DNA from: Bugula neritina
Lineage: Eukaryota; Animalia; Bryozoa
Assembly (NCBI GenBank): GCA_964035545.1
Contig: OZ037773.1
Span: forward strand, 277,751 to 341,750
Reading direction: 5' to 3'
Length of the DNA stretch: 64,000 nt
Position numbers and translations under genes: made by a program. Under the pieces are notes generated by a model that was not told the DNA's origin, did not search any database, and saw only the letters and a list, made by a program, of their open reading frames with translations. Shown piece after piece: positions 31,416 through 60,302 of the stretch; positions within the stretch are counted from its first letter, which is position 1; the number at the start of each line of letters is the position of its first letter.

Positions 31416-34390
31416 ATTGCAATTCGGTGCTACCACTAATAACTTTAAATGTAAACAGTGTGAGCATAAAAGCACTAGTAGATAGTGGTTGTGAACAATC
31501 AGTAGTGTTAGAAAGATTTTGTAATCAAATAGGTGTTGCACCATGTGGTCCTGAACGGAGGATTTTAATGCTAAATGGACAAATAACTAAATGTAGGGGT
31601 GAAGCTCAATTAGCAGTGCAGGTTAGAAATCGTCGTCTCTCTGTAAAATGTTTAATAGCTCCAATGTTAGTAGGTGGTTGCTCTTTAATTTTGGGAATGG
31701 ATGCTATTAGCAAATTAGGTGGTGTGACAATTACTAGAAATAAGCAAGTGATGTTTCCTGCAGTTGAACCAACAACAGAAGTAGGTAAAGTTAGTGCTGT
31801 TAGTGTAGGCGTAGGAGTAGATAGATTTGATAAGACATTAACTAGTGATAGTAAAAGTGAACTTTTTGTTAGTGACATTGACTTTAATGCTAAATTTGAT
31901 GGTAAAAAATGGACAGTGAGGTGGAAATGGGAAAATGGTGAGCCGATATTACAGAATCAATGTGGTCAGTATGCTGTAAAAGACAAATTCAAACAGAGTT
32001 ACCATGAGCAGATTCAGCAATGGATTAATGATGGATGGCTACAATTGTATGACAATAAATTGCATGGTACAGTCACTGGAATTGTACCATTGATGGCTGC
32101 TGCCCAGCCAAATAAACCAACCCAGGTCCGACCTGTTATGGATTATAGTAGAGAACTCAACAAATACATCTACAGTAAGCCCAGTGGTGACACTGCCATT
32201 TGTCAGGATAAATTGAGGAAATGGAGGTTACTTGATGACAATGCCAGTTTGCTAGATCTAAGAAAAGCTTACTTACAACTTCATGTGGATAGTGATTTGC
32301 AAAAGTTCCAAGCTGTACGGTATGAGGGTAAGATCTATGTAATGACTAGGTTAGGTTTTGGTTTAAATGTGGCGCCTAAAATCATGTCAAAAGTTTTATC
32401 TACAGTCCTGGCTCAAGATGACACTATACGCAAAGGTACTGATAGTTATATAGATGACATTATAGTTGATGAGACTGTTGTTTCGGTAGAAGTAGTTCGA
32501 AATCATTTGTTGAAGTTTGGTTTGGTAACTAAAGAACCAGAGAAACTGAGTAATGCTAGAGTTTTAGGGCTAAGGGTTAGAGAGGGGTGGAGAGGTGGCA
32601 TGTCATGTTATAGCTGGCAGCGTGATGGTGAGCTCCCATCTCTTGAGTCAAATAGCAACATAAGCAAGCGAGAGCTGTTTTCGGTGTGTGGTAAACTGAC
32701 TGGACATTTTCCTGTAGCAGGGTGGCTTAGGGTAGCATGCAGTTTTATGAAAAGGTTAACACAATCAGATATGTGGGATAGTGCTGTGTCTGACCACGTC
32801 CAAAAAATGTTGTTAGAGACATTAGATAGAGTTGCAAAATCTGATCCTGTGAAAGGAAAGTGGCATGTGGCTAATACTGATACAGGCACTGTATGGTGTG
32901 ATGCAAGCAGTTTGGCAATAGGGGTGTCTGTGCAAATAGATGGCCAGATAGTGGAAGATGCTTCGTGGATGAGAAAACCCGATGATTGCACCCACATTAA
33001 TGTAGCAGAGTTAGAAGCTGTGGTAAAAGGCCTAAACCTGGCTTTAAAATGGAATCTATGCAACATTGTAGTGAAAACCGATTCAATGTCAGTATTCAGG
33101 TGGGTCACATCTGTAATCAATGATAGTGTCAGACCAAAAGTTAATGGCATGAATGAGATGATTGTGAAACGTAGGTTAGGTGTTATAGCAGAACTGATAG
33201 AAGAGTACAAGCTGTCATTAAAAATACATTTAGTGAAATCAGCTGAGAATTGGGCGGATGCTCTGACACGGGTGAGCTCAGCATGGCTTAGTAAGCGAAT
33301 AACCTGTGCAAGTGCAGGTGTGACAACTCCTGATGTAGCTCACCTGAAGGATGAAATAGCCAAGCTGCATGGAATGCATCATTTGGGCATTGAAAGAACA
33401 TTTTATTTAGCTAAATGTAAATTCGGAGGAGGCATAGACAAGGAGTCAGTTGAAAGAGTAGTCAAGGAATGTGCTGTGTGTAGGAGTATTGATCCTTCTC
33501 CAGTGCAGTGGGAAAGAGGAGTTCTGGAGGTCAATGAGAATTGGTATAGGCTGGCAATGGATGTGAGTCATTATAATCGTGTACCATACTTGACTATTAT
33601 CGACTGTGGCCCAAGTAGATTCGCTGTGTGGATAAAGTTGCAGAATGAGACTGCTGACTCTGTGGTAAATCAGCTACTAAAGGTGTTTCAGCAACGTGGT
33701 CCACCAACAGAGTTACTGTCAGACAACGGACCATGTTTCAGAAGTGACAGATTGAAACAGCTACTTAGGCAATGGGATGTACAGCACATATTTAGCTGTG
33801 CTTATAGAGCATCTGGGAATGGTGTCATAGAGCGCAATCACAGGACTATAAAAAGAATGGCAGCTCGAACTAGATCTTCAATAGAAAATATGGTATTTTG
33901 GTACAACAACACCCCAAATAGTAACAATGTAGTACCCTCACAAAGTTTATACAGTTATGATGTAAAGCTGCCTAAAGTATCACCATCAACAATAGGCAAG
34001 CCCACAGACATTACAAAAAACCCCTACAATGTAGGAGACAAAGTTTATGTAAAACCTGTGAATTCTAAATGCACAACTGCATGGCCACAGGGCATGATTA
34101 CCAGGGTTGTGTCAAACACTGCGGTGATGGTAGATGGTATGACACGACATATAAGTGATGTCCGACTGGCTAATGCAGGGAACAGGGAAAGTGGTGACGT
34201 TTCATCCAGTACAAAACAACAATCTCAGGTACATAGAGACATTGAAATTAACCTGAGCCTAGATAATGCTGATGAGGATGCAGATGCAAATAGAGTTGTG
34301 GATGGTGAAAGTGTAGACGAAGTGATTGATCGACCAGTAAGAGATAGACGGCCACCTAGGTGGTTAGCAGACTTTTATGTAGATGACTAA
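31364..34390 (+). CDS. pol: Pol of element C (about 1000 aa); -1 frameshift at GGGAAAC
   Basis: LVDSGC protease, YIDD RT, WCDAS..INVAELEAV..TDS..ADALTR RNase H, HHLG..CAVC and MD/SDNG/IER integrase motifs. ORF uninterrupted. Confidence 0.92.
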   Translation, partial: GKRRWGSVSTGCSPQQLNCNSVLPLITLNVNSVSIKALVDSGCEQSVVLERFCNQIGVAPCGPERRILMLNGQITKCRGEAQLAVQVRNRRLSVKCLIAPMLVGGCSLILGMDAISKLGGVTITRNKQVMFPAVEPTTEVGKVSAVSVGVGVDRFDKTLTSDSKSELFVSDIDFNAKFDGKKWTVRWKWENGEPILQNQCGQYAVKDKFKQSYHEQIQQWINDGWLQLYDNKLHGTVTGIVPLMAAAQPNKPTQVRPVMDYSRELNKYIYSKPSGDTAICQDKLRKWRLLDDNASLLDLRKAYLQLHVDSDLQKFQAVRYEGKIYVMTRLGFGLNVAPKIMSKVLSTVLAQDDTIRKGTDSYIDDIIVDETVVSVEVVRNHLLKFGLVTKEPEKLSNARVLGLRVREGWRGGMSCYSWQRDGELPSLESNSNISKRELFSVCGKLTGHFPVAGWLRVACSFMKRLTQSDMWDSAVSDHVQKMLLETLDRVAKSDPVKGKWHVANTDTGTVWCDASSLAIGVSVQIDGQIVEDASWMRKPDDCTHINVAELEAVVKGLNLALKWNLCNIVVKTDSMSVFRWVTSVINDSVRPKVNGMNEMIVKRRLGVIAELIEEYKLSLKIHLVKSAENWADALTRVSSAWLSKRITCASAGVTTPDVAHLKDEIAKLHGMHHLGIERTFYLAKCKFGGGIDKESVERVVKECAVCRSIDPSPVQWERGVLEVNENWYRLAMDVSHYNRVPYLTIIDCGPSRFAVWIKLQNETADSVVNQLLKVFQQRGPPTELLSDNGPCFRSDRLKQLLRQWDVQHIFSCAYRASGNGVIERNHRTIKRMAARTRSSIENMVFWYNNTPNSNNVVPSQSLYSYDVKLPKVSPSTIGKPTDITKNPYNVGDKVYVKPVNSKCTTAWPQGMITRVVSNTAVMVDGMTRHISDVRLANAGNRESGDVSSSTKQQSQVHRDIEINLSLDNADEDADANRVVDGESVDEVIDRPVRDRRPPRWLADFYVDD

Positions 34391-36269
34391 ACGTTTTTTT
34401 CTTTTTGTTTTATTATATATCTGTTTGATCTGATAAGATCAGGGGGAAATGTAATGTGCATGACATTGCATCATGCAGTTGTGTAACCGTTTTGTAAATA
34501 TTATTATAGCTGTTGTGTGGTTTTCCTTTATGTCCTAAATTCCTTCATCTTTGTGGTTTATATAATATATGTTGTCTGTCTTAGAAATGTGTTCGTAGTG
34601 ATTAGTTGTGCTTTCAAAATAAAGATATTTCAGTGAACTTTAAGTATAATACTATTACACATGTTATGTATTTGTATACAGAATTAAAGCAATGCGACTC
34701 ACCTACAAGGTTTGTGACAAACCTAAACACACCATCAATTCCAAAAAGAAAGTTTTCAACTATGACAAACTCCTCTGACGTGAGGGTAGTTACTGCAAAA
34801 GAACAGGAAAGCTACCAAAACATAATTACAGTATCATCAGCCATAAATAACATGAGGTTAAAGATGCACATGAAAGAATTTGCTTATAAGAACTTACTAA
34901 TTGCCATATTAGTTGCAGATGTTGTATTTGCAGAGCTGAGCACCTCCATGTTTCAGTGATGAGAACAAAATGAATGCAGAGAATGTGGAGATAACAACAG
35001 TAATATCGCAGTTCGACATATTTCAGGCACGTATATAGGCAGGACATTGCCCACTACCAGCAATTAGGATGATGAATGTGGTTAGAAATCTCATTCTAAT
35101 CGTTATTATTCATATCTGCTGCAATATATATTTTGCACGCTAGCATAGTTTATATGGTTAGTCTGACGTGTCTGGAAAAGTTGAGTATCATGTCACCATT
35201 ACATATTGCCAGTGGAGATGGATGGACACCTGGTTCTCTCGGAGTATAACCAACACTTCCACATCCTGTGTATTCATTCACTAAATGCTCAAACTCGCTA
35301 ATTTGAAAGGCAAAGTTTGCTCTCCCAAGAAGTGAAAGATCATTGGATACTTTAGTAGGCTTACCTGTAACAGGATGTCATCAGAAACCTTGTAAGATAT
35401 GTGTATAGGCTGGTGTATAGGCTATTTGATATTTAGTTTATTGCCACACATCTAGTACATATATACATGTATGTGCTGGTGACATAACAAAAATTTGTAA
35501 TCATGTAATAAGATATAATAACAAAGCATTCTACTCAATTATAATGGCAAATAGTAACACAAAACATTGTTTAAAACCACTATACAGCTGTAAGTTTGAG
35601 CATAAGACAGAGAACAGCGAGAGTGAACTTTTAACAAAGAAAGCAGTACTTAGTAATATTGACTAAATTGATACAGGCAATATTGTTAAATGTACTTACA
35701 AATTATTAACCAAATCCTGATGTAACAGCTTACATAATAGTTATTCTGTTAAAAGTTTCAGTGATGCATATATGTATGTATGTAAAATTTAGAATACAGT
35801 ACAAACACAAGGTGCTCCTAGTAGGGCTGCTAGAAGCTTACTAAATATGTTTACGAAATTGTTAGTTACAGAAATGTATTAATGTGGGTTTACAAAGGTT
35901 GTTTGTTTGATGAAAAATTGCTTGATTATTGCCAGTGTCGGTGTATCTCATTATAGTGGTAGGTTACAAGCTAGTATGTTGGGTCAATGCCATCCTAGTA
36001 CAGTACCTCACTCAGTGTCTTCAAGTATGTTGTAAGATTTTGTCTAACAGCTAGAACATAAGCTTATCAAAAATGACAGTTTACTATTAACATCTTTTGA
36101 AGCAGCATGGCTATAAATTTCATTCTATATCATTTGGTTTGAGAATACTGTGACAAGCACCAATAAAACTTCATCTGTGGAATCACTAGTTTATTTGCCA
36201 GTATGAAAATAAGATGCTACAGTGTAATATATAGAAGTCAAGAGTATTAATATATAACTGTGTATTCAA

Positions 36270-41982
<5,713 letters not shown>

Positions 41983-43205
41983 GATGTTGTGGAAGAGGTC
42001 AATTCTGCAACTACTTGCTAGTACGCTGTCTAATATACTAGAGCTCTACGCAGAGTTGTCTGCCCAAATGAAGTTTAGGATTTAGTAAAGAAATATCTCT
42101 GTACCTATGTTGCTGTTTTAACCCAAACCATTTGAAGCTAACTATAATTATCAAAATGTTAACTTTTAGTGTTTTGGTTTACACTGTGCTTAGGTATATC
42201 CTTTCCATAGCAATAAGTCATTTAGAAACAGCTGCCTGAAAATAAATAAAATATTAAATTAAATAGAGCAACAGGAGACTGAGAATAAATTGAGTGTCCA
42301 AGTAGTTGCAATAAGCTGCAGGTTAATTTTAGTTTGTAAAGCCACTTATCTTGACTGGCAAGAACTGGGTTATTAATGTGAGGTCTGATGAGTGAAGTAA
42401 AAACAAATAACATTTTTACGCACTTAGAGATACACTGATTTATTAACTAAATTACATCAAATATCAAATAGGAAAACTGAGAGAAAACCTTGCAGAACTT
42501 GCCTAATGCTTGGAGTACATATATGTTTAGGTAAAACAAAATTATCGTGAGTGATTCATTACAACTGCATGTTATAATTGAAGATGAGAAGTAAAAGGAG
42601 CTGATCAAGCTATACGCACTATCATTAATAACTCCCTATATGTGCATGTATGTGCTATTCAGCCAGACAAAATAAACTAACAATTACTGTTCAAACTGAT
42701 ACCAACATATAACAGCACATATACACCTAAAAAGATATGGATCTGATATATTAGCACAAATAATATGCTTCGATTTTTATATCATTTATTACAACTTTAA
42801 GCCTAATAATTTAAGCAACACTAAATATTAACTTAATAACTGATATCAAAATTTAAATTTATTTTAAAACTTAAAATACAAATAACTAAATTACAATGCA
42901 CAAGCCTGAGGAGATTAAAAACCTAAGATTACCAGTTGATAGAGAACTTAGATAACTTACTAAAATTGAAATTTCAATATTTTTAAACACTTGAACCACC
43001 CAAAACTTAGAATATTTTGGGTTATTTAGGTTATGAATAGCAATCTATACTACTAGATAATGGTCTATTGCCTAAAATCTATCCCAACAGCTTAAAGCAT
43101 TACCATTCCCATTAGTTGAGCAATGTATTGAGTACTTGGTATGATTACAAAGTTTTTTTGACAACCTCTAACATCATTGTCAACCCTATTACTATAAACC
43201 GTTCT

Positions 43206-43742
43206 ATAGACCCTTTTCACAAGTCCTTCTAAGGGCATTTGTATTTTGAAGTTGTCTCCTCCCACCGGCCGAGGGGCAGCCTTCATGATATATAAGCTGC
43301 ACATAAAATCAGTAAAAATTTAAGGTTTGTGTGAAGGCTATTGCTTGTAGGAGTTTCATTTTTTCTGAGATTAATATTTTGGCATAAGCACACACATTAG
43401 CAGTTTCAGAAAATGAAAAAAGTCTCCTTGATCAATTTGACAAAACATGAACTTCAAAGCATTTTTGTGGTATTGGTTATTGAGCGATGCTGAAGCTTGC
43501 AGCTGGCATATAAATAAAGAAATTTTCTTTTTTAATTTTTTGAAACTGCTGACGTGTGCTTATGCCAAAATATTGATCTCAGAAAAAATGAAACTTCTAC
43601 TAACAATAGCCTTCACACAAACCTTAAACTTTTACTGATTTTATGTGCTGCTTATTTATCATGGAGACTGCTCCTCGGCCCGGTGGAAGGGGACAACTTC
43701 AAAATACAAATACCCCTAGAGGGACTTGTGAAAAGGGTCTAT
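43206..43742. mobile_element. About 540-bp MITE with long inverted arms
   Basis: atagacccttttcacaagtcc... and ...ggacttgtgaaaagggtctat form inverted arms of roughly 200 bp. Confidence 0.8.
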
Positions 43743-44899
43743 TAAATAAATGTTTATGTGGAATTGTTAGTCAAACGTCATAGTGTGTTCAAGCCTAAAA
43801 TTGCAGTTCATTATAGCTATTGTCATTATTTACTGGAATAGCTTTGCCAATTAGCAGTTTTTGGGATTGTCTAATATTCTCAGATTCATATTTTTTTTGA
43901 TTCTGGAAATATCAAGTTTATAGAGCAAATTTTTTTAAAAAATGTAACTTTTTTGCAAAAAACCTCAACAATAACCTGATGGCTGATGTAGGCTTGTCCA
44001 GGTAACATCATCAAGTGAGCCTATATACTAAAGATTTGACAAGTTGATTTCTTTACAAACTTGAAGAAATTAAAAAAATACAAATATAAAATTTGATAAC
44101 ATTATTTAGTTCATTTCTTATGTAATCACAAGCGTTCATCTTTGAATTTTTTAACTTTAACTAATTTAAAAGAGCAACACCAACAGTAACACTGACTATA
44201 ATTATATCAGTATAACTACAAGACTAAAACTGTGAAAAAGAGTCACTAAGACTTATTATAATAGCTATAACTTATACTTAGCATTTGTAATAAAAGTATC
44301 AGCAGTAACGATACTAATACGAGTAATACTAATATTAATAGTAAGGCTAGTAAGGCATACAGAGAAAAAGCATACATAATTCTAAGAAGTAGAACAGTAC
44401 CAGGAAAAAGAAAAAGTGCAAGATTGTAGATCAAATAGGTATTGCATAAGGTTAGGTAAAGATAAAAAATGCTAATGGATACACATATTGATATCTACAC
44501 TAGCTTTTCCCCGAGCAGGTAGGTGTCTAATAGTAATAGTAATAGTATTGGCCGAATGCAGGAGAAACAAATGTTGTCGCATTTAACACAATGGTGTGAG
44601 TGACAGTGGTGGGTCGCAGTTGGAAAATAATGTAACTGAAAGTATAGTAGTACTACTAGTAATACCAATAGTATTAATACTATTACCAATACTAATAGTA
44701 GGCCTATTAGTAATACATTAATATTAACAGTAATACACTAAATGAAAATATAACACTAAATACATAGCCTTACTTCTTATACTTATACCGATGTTCGTAA
44801 TATAAGTTTAGTTATAGTTATAGACAATACTCAATAGTAATAGTATTACTATTAGTAACAGCAATACTATAATATAACTATAAGCAGACTTGGGAGTCA

Positions 44900-46140
44900 G
44901 AGTTTTGGAAGGAAGCTGCTGTAGTAGGCTGCAGATTTTGCTTGATGCCCTAGTAGACTTAGTATTTTGGGTTTTACTGTTCATCAGCTCAACATAGGAG
45001 TTGGTTAGATAGAAGTCGCAACAGTAACTTGTGCCTCAGCTTGAAGTGTCTGTCGGCGAGAGTTTCTAGGTTTAGTTTGCCACGTGCCTCAGGGATAATG
45101 TCTCTGCCTTTCAATTTAGCAATGAATATGATTGCATTATTTTGCACCTGTTCTATATCTTTGATGAGGTATTGCAAACTGGGGTCCCTAACTGCTGCTG
45201 CATATTCTAGTTGTGGCTTACATAGTGAGGTGTACGCTAGAAGTTTGGCTTTTGCAGGTGCATTAAACAAGGCACGCTGAATCATACCCAGTTGTCTTTT
45301 AGCTTTGCTTATTTTGTTATTAATTAATATGATTAATGAATTTTAGGTCTGTTTGTATAGTAACACCCAAGTACTTCGTTTCTTGTACAACTAAGAGAGA
45401 TTTGTGGGCAATGGTATATTCAGCATCAGGAGTTTGTTGCTGGCGGCTAAATACCATAACGGCACATTCATCAGCATTAAAGGACATGCCTGATGACCTG
45501 GCCCAATTCTCTAGTGCATTAATGTTGGCCTGGAAGGCTCGTCTGTCTTGTAGAGTGTTGACTACTTGGTAGATTAGTGTATAGTCAGTGAAAAGGCTTA
45601 TATTACAGTTTACGTACTTTGGCAGGTCATTTATATAAGCCAGGAAGAGAACTGGACCGAGAACAGAGCCCTGAGACACTACAGACGTAACTGCCAGCTC
45701 TGATGATGCATGACCTTTGATGACCACTTTTTGCTTGCAATTGGAAGCTTAGAGCTGCGTAGAGAAACGTTGCAGATAGCAGTGAGACACTTGGCTGTTA
45801 AGCTGGTGTCAATGGTAAGGTCTTCTTTACGAATCTCATCAGGACCAGGAGATTTGCCACTTTTTAAGTTGTTCATTAGATTGAGAATACCTTGGTAGCT
45901 AACTGTTACTGACACTTGGACTGTATCGCTGTAGGTGGGTGTGGGGTTATGAAGTTGGAGTTGGGCCCAAAATTGATTAATACAGAATGAGTTCCGGATA
46001 TTGGCACATTCTGATGGATCTTCAGTATGGGAGCCCTCAGGTTTTATGAGTTTCATGGGAAGTTTGGACGTTTTCTGTGTCTATTTGAGGTGTCGGTAGA
46101 AGGGCTTGCTGTTGCCAGTCTCGAGTGGTTTACAAATCTT
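44900..46140 (-). mobile_element. Decayed LINE (CR1/L2-group-like) reverse-transcriptase fragment
   Basis: KSPGPDEI, SQGSVLGPVLFLAYINDLP, FTDYT (degenerate FADD), KYLGVTI and AYTSLCKPQLEYA, spread over broken frames. Confidence 0.85.
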
Positions 46141-47064
46141 ATGAAAGTATAATTAGCATCACTATGACTATGAGTATGTCTAGTCAAATTCTTACTATAA
46201 CTATAATTATAACTATTAGAACTTTAAAAAATAGTGTCATTAATAGTAATACTAATAGCATTGGTATAAGTATTACTATTACTAGTAGTATTAGTTATTA
46301 CTAATAGTAATACTAATATATTTAGTATTTACTAATAGTAAAACTAAAACTACTAGAAATTTGAATTTTGTGGGTCTGAGCCAGCCATCAGGGCTTGATT
46401 TGGCTAATTACTGTAATTAGTCTATCAAAATCAATCTAGTGTAGTTATAATAATAATTTATACAATAAATGAATGATAATATTATTTCAAAATGAATAAG
46501 TATAATTATTAAATTTAATATTTGTAATATTAACACTAATAGTAAATGTAATAGCATTAGTATTACTAATTCTGATTCAAATTGTATTCATATTAAATTC
46601 AATTGATTTGAGTTTCTCTGTTAGTGTTACGACCTAGACCAAAGTTTGACCAGCAAAAAGGATTGCTAATTTATAATGATTTGCACAATTATTTTTACAC
46701 GGGCTAGTAAACAGTACAAAGTGAAGATAAGTGAGAACACAATACTTTAACTACGTCTCGACTATTGTAGCAAGTTTACACATTGGTGTAACCGCACGAG
46801 TGAAAGCTAGCTAGCTAATTCAGAAGTTTGGTAATAGTAAAAATTATCCGCAATTGCGATATTTGACATTCATCCTTGCATATTATAGTCGGTTTCGTTA
46901 GAACAGAACGGATAGATACTTTGTTTCCGTTTCTGGGTTACTTTTAGTTGAAATTGTGTTGTAGGTTCTAATGATTAATCGCCTATTATTTCAGTTACTC
47001 ATTGTTCAGCGTTTGGGTCACTCAGTTTAGGTTTTAGCTTTTGGTTGAACTGCTAAGAATCAAA

Positions 47065-57311
<10,247 letters not shown>

Positions 57312-58599
57312 ACTCTTTCTTATACATTTCCTGTTCTGTTCCATCTACCATGTTTTACCTAGTCTAAATGCCAAAACAATCTGTAATATGTATCGACAAC
57401 ACTAATGACTACTTTAAGGCAGTGCTCTCATCATAACCAACAATTGAGTGATACTTTAAGCAGGTGCTCTGTCAGACTCATGGGGCTACTATCTTTGACA
57501 TTCGGTGCCTCCTACCTATCTGGCAGGTGACACTCGAGTGTAGGTACTTGCAATCTATGATATTGATATAGCTCACCTGCTTACTAGTGACAGATCATAT
57601 GGACACTCTCATACAGTGCTTGTCTACAATACCTGTTAGTCATGGTATTAATTGTATCTTGTAAGGCAAAAGCTGACCCTTCATATACCCAACAATAATA
57701 TCTAACTATGGTTTATTTTATTACTTTTTCATTGTTATAACAAATTTATTTATAATTTTTTGTTGTCTGAATTTAGCCTTAGCTCAGCAATTTTCTTTGC
57801 TCAAGCTTTCACAATGCTCTTCACAATTTCAATACAAAGTTGAAATCTTAGGCTAGAATGAAATCATTGAATCACATTATTTATGTTTAGTAAGAATTAG
57901 CTTCCACAGTCGATCCACTTTGTGTATTCTAGTCTCACTAGTTTGGTGCGTGCTTCTCAAAAACTAACTGATTGAACTTCTGTTTCTCATATGTTATGAT
58001 TTGTATTTCTTATGTAAACTTTTCGGGTGGTTTTTTCAAAATCGAATTTTGTGGCTCTGTAAACACGGCTGAGATATGTATCAACTGTTATACATATCTG
58101 TCGAAGTTTTCTCCTGTACTGACGAATAAATTCTCAGCACAAGTTCGTATTACTGGTTTTTAAGCATGAATAAATATGTTTACAAATTAGAACTTTTGTG
58201 AAATTGATTTTCTCAATTGCATCACTATATACAATACCACCACTATGTGCTGCATTGTGTAGAAACATTGAATTAAGTCAAATTTTGACCACCTGACTGA
58301 ACGAAAGAATATACGACCCGCACATTCTCTCTAGATAATATATAGGGAGTTGCTAACATCTGCTGCCTGAATATTCTAAACTTGCAAAATTTCAGAGGAG
58401 TTAGGTGTAAAATTTTACTTCTTGTTTGCTCATACAAATAATACAAATTCCTAGTTTCATGAATCTCTAATTACTGTAATAATTTGTATACAGATAGAGA
58501 GTTGTTTCATACTTGTAGTTGCTACACACATCCGTGCATGGTTGCTGCTTTCACTTTGGTAAACTCTAGCTGAGCAGCTGTTACATTGTCATTTCCATA

Positions 58600-58765
58600 T
58601 CTGCAGTAATACTTCTGCAGATGCTGTAGTACTTCTGCGGATGCTCTAATACTTCTGCAGATGCTGTAGTACTTCTGCAGATGCTCTAATACTTTTGCAG
58701 ATGCTGTAGTACTTCTGCAGATGCTCTAATACTTCTGCAGATGCTCTAATACTTCTGCAGATGCA
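58600..58765. repeat. 20-bp minisatellite
   Basis: tacttctgcagatgctctaa and tacttctgcagatgctgtag units. Confidence 0.9.
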
Positions 58766-59439
58766 GTGCAATTTCTTCAGTCTTATTAATTGCTGTTAGA
58801 ATAAAAAATAAGCTCTGATGAACCAGCTCACCATATCTCTGATCAATCATGTCATCAGAAAGGAACATTCTTGAAACCATTTTCAAAGTTGTGAACGATA
58901 TGTATTTCATATGCTAGATTAATTTTGTAGGCAACTTCAATTTAATTTAATTGTTTCGCTTTGTGAAGGTCTTTGGATTAGAGACTATTATATTATATTG
59001 CAGTTTTTGCCTGCTTAACCTGTTGGCAATCTATTTCTTAATTTGAAACGTTTATAAAGCATTTTATGCGCAAAAACTTTCCAACTTCCCTTGACATTTC
59101 ACAACAATTAGTTTTACAACTCAAAAGGTTTATTTAATTTAGGTTAAAGCAAAAATTCTATTTTGTTGCATCAGAATGACACAAAAATAAATTGCATTTC
59201 ATCACTCTCTAAGAATAATAGCATTTTTTGTTACTATTTTAATATTATTAATTAATTTGCTTGACCTGGAATAATCCAATAAGTTGTCACTGTGACCCAC
59301 AATTATTTTTTGACAATATTTATTAGCTCGTTGACACCTCAGCTGCTCTATATAAACATATAAAAAAATTATAAACTATAATATTGGCAACTTATTTAAA
59401 TAATTGATATTAAGTATTTTAACTGTGCTCATTAGCTGT

Positions 59440-59872
59440 TTGCTAAACTGTGTACATTAAGCTATGTGCTAAACTGTGTATATTAAGCTGTGTACTAAAC
59501 TGTCTATATTAAGTTGTGTGCTAAACTGTGTACATTAAGCTATGTGCTAAACTGTGTACATTAAGCTATGTGCTAAACTGTGTATATTAAGCTATGTGCT
59601 AAACTGTGTACATTAAGCTGTGTGCTAAACTGTGTACATTAAGCTATGTGCTAAACTGTGTACATTAAGCTGTGTGCTAAACTGTGTATATTAAGCTATG
59701 TGCTAAACTGGGTATATTAAGCTATGTGCTAAACTGTGTACATTAAGTTGTGTGCTAAACTGTGTACATTAAGCTGTGTGCTAAACTGTGTATATTAAGC
59801 TATGTGCTAAACTGTGTATATTAAGCTATGTGCTAAACTGTGGGCATTAAGCTGTGTGCTAAACTGTGGGCA
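59440..59872. repeat. 26-bp minisatellite
   Basis: gtgctaaactgtgtacattaagctat units. Confidence 0.92.
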
Positions 59873-60302
59873 TCCTTCTGTTTGCTAATTAAAGGTAAAG
59901 AAAACAATTTTTAAGCACAATCTCATAATACACTCCCAGTGCCGAGGTATAAGAGATATGCTAGGCCACTAAGAGCTGATGAGATATATTCTCTATAGAC
60001 AGAGCTATATTGTCAAATTCACAGCCAACTATTCTATTATATAATAATATAACATAATCATTAAATTATAATAATATTATTATGCTCCTAAAGGAACATG
60101 ACTTAGCTAAGAAGTTGGTTCATCATAACAGAAAATAGTCCTTCACTGCAACTTTGATTTTGTGATGAGTTTATAATCTGGTTCATCAGTAGAAACTCAG
60201 TGTGATGTGATGTCTGTGTAGCACTGTTTAAGCAGTGGTTTAGAGTAGAATAGGATAAGATAGTGCAGCATTGTGTGATCCAAGTGACGGCAAGAGCTCA
60301 CT

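Larger units (their letters stand above)
30451..34659 (+). mobile_element. Compact 4.2-kb LTR retrotransposon C (PR-RT-RH-IN order) with a non-canonical PBS
   Basis: TGTAAT..ATTACA LTRs at 30451-30640 and 34450-34659; PPT agggggaaa before the 3' LTR; overlapping gag and pol. Confidence 0.93.

Noticed and set aside
34606-35400. Short ORFs downstream of element C
   Set aside because: No recognisable domain or consistent exon structure.
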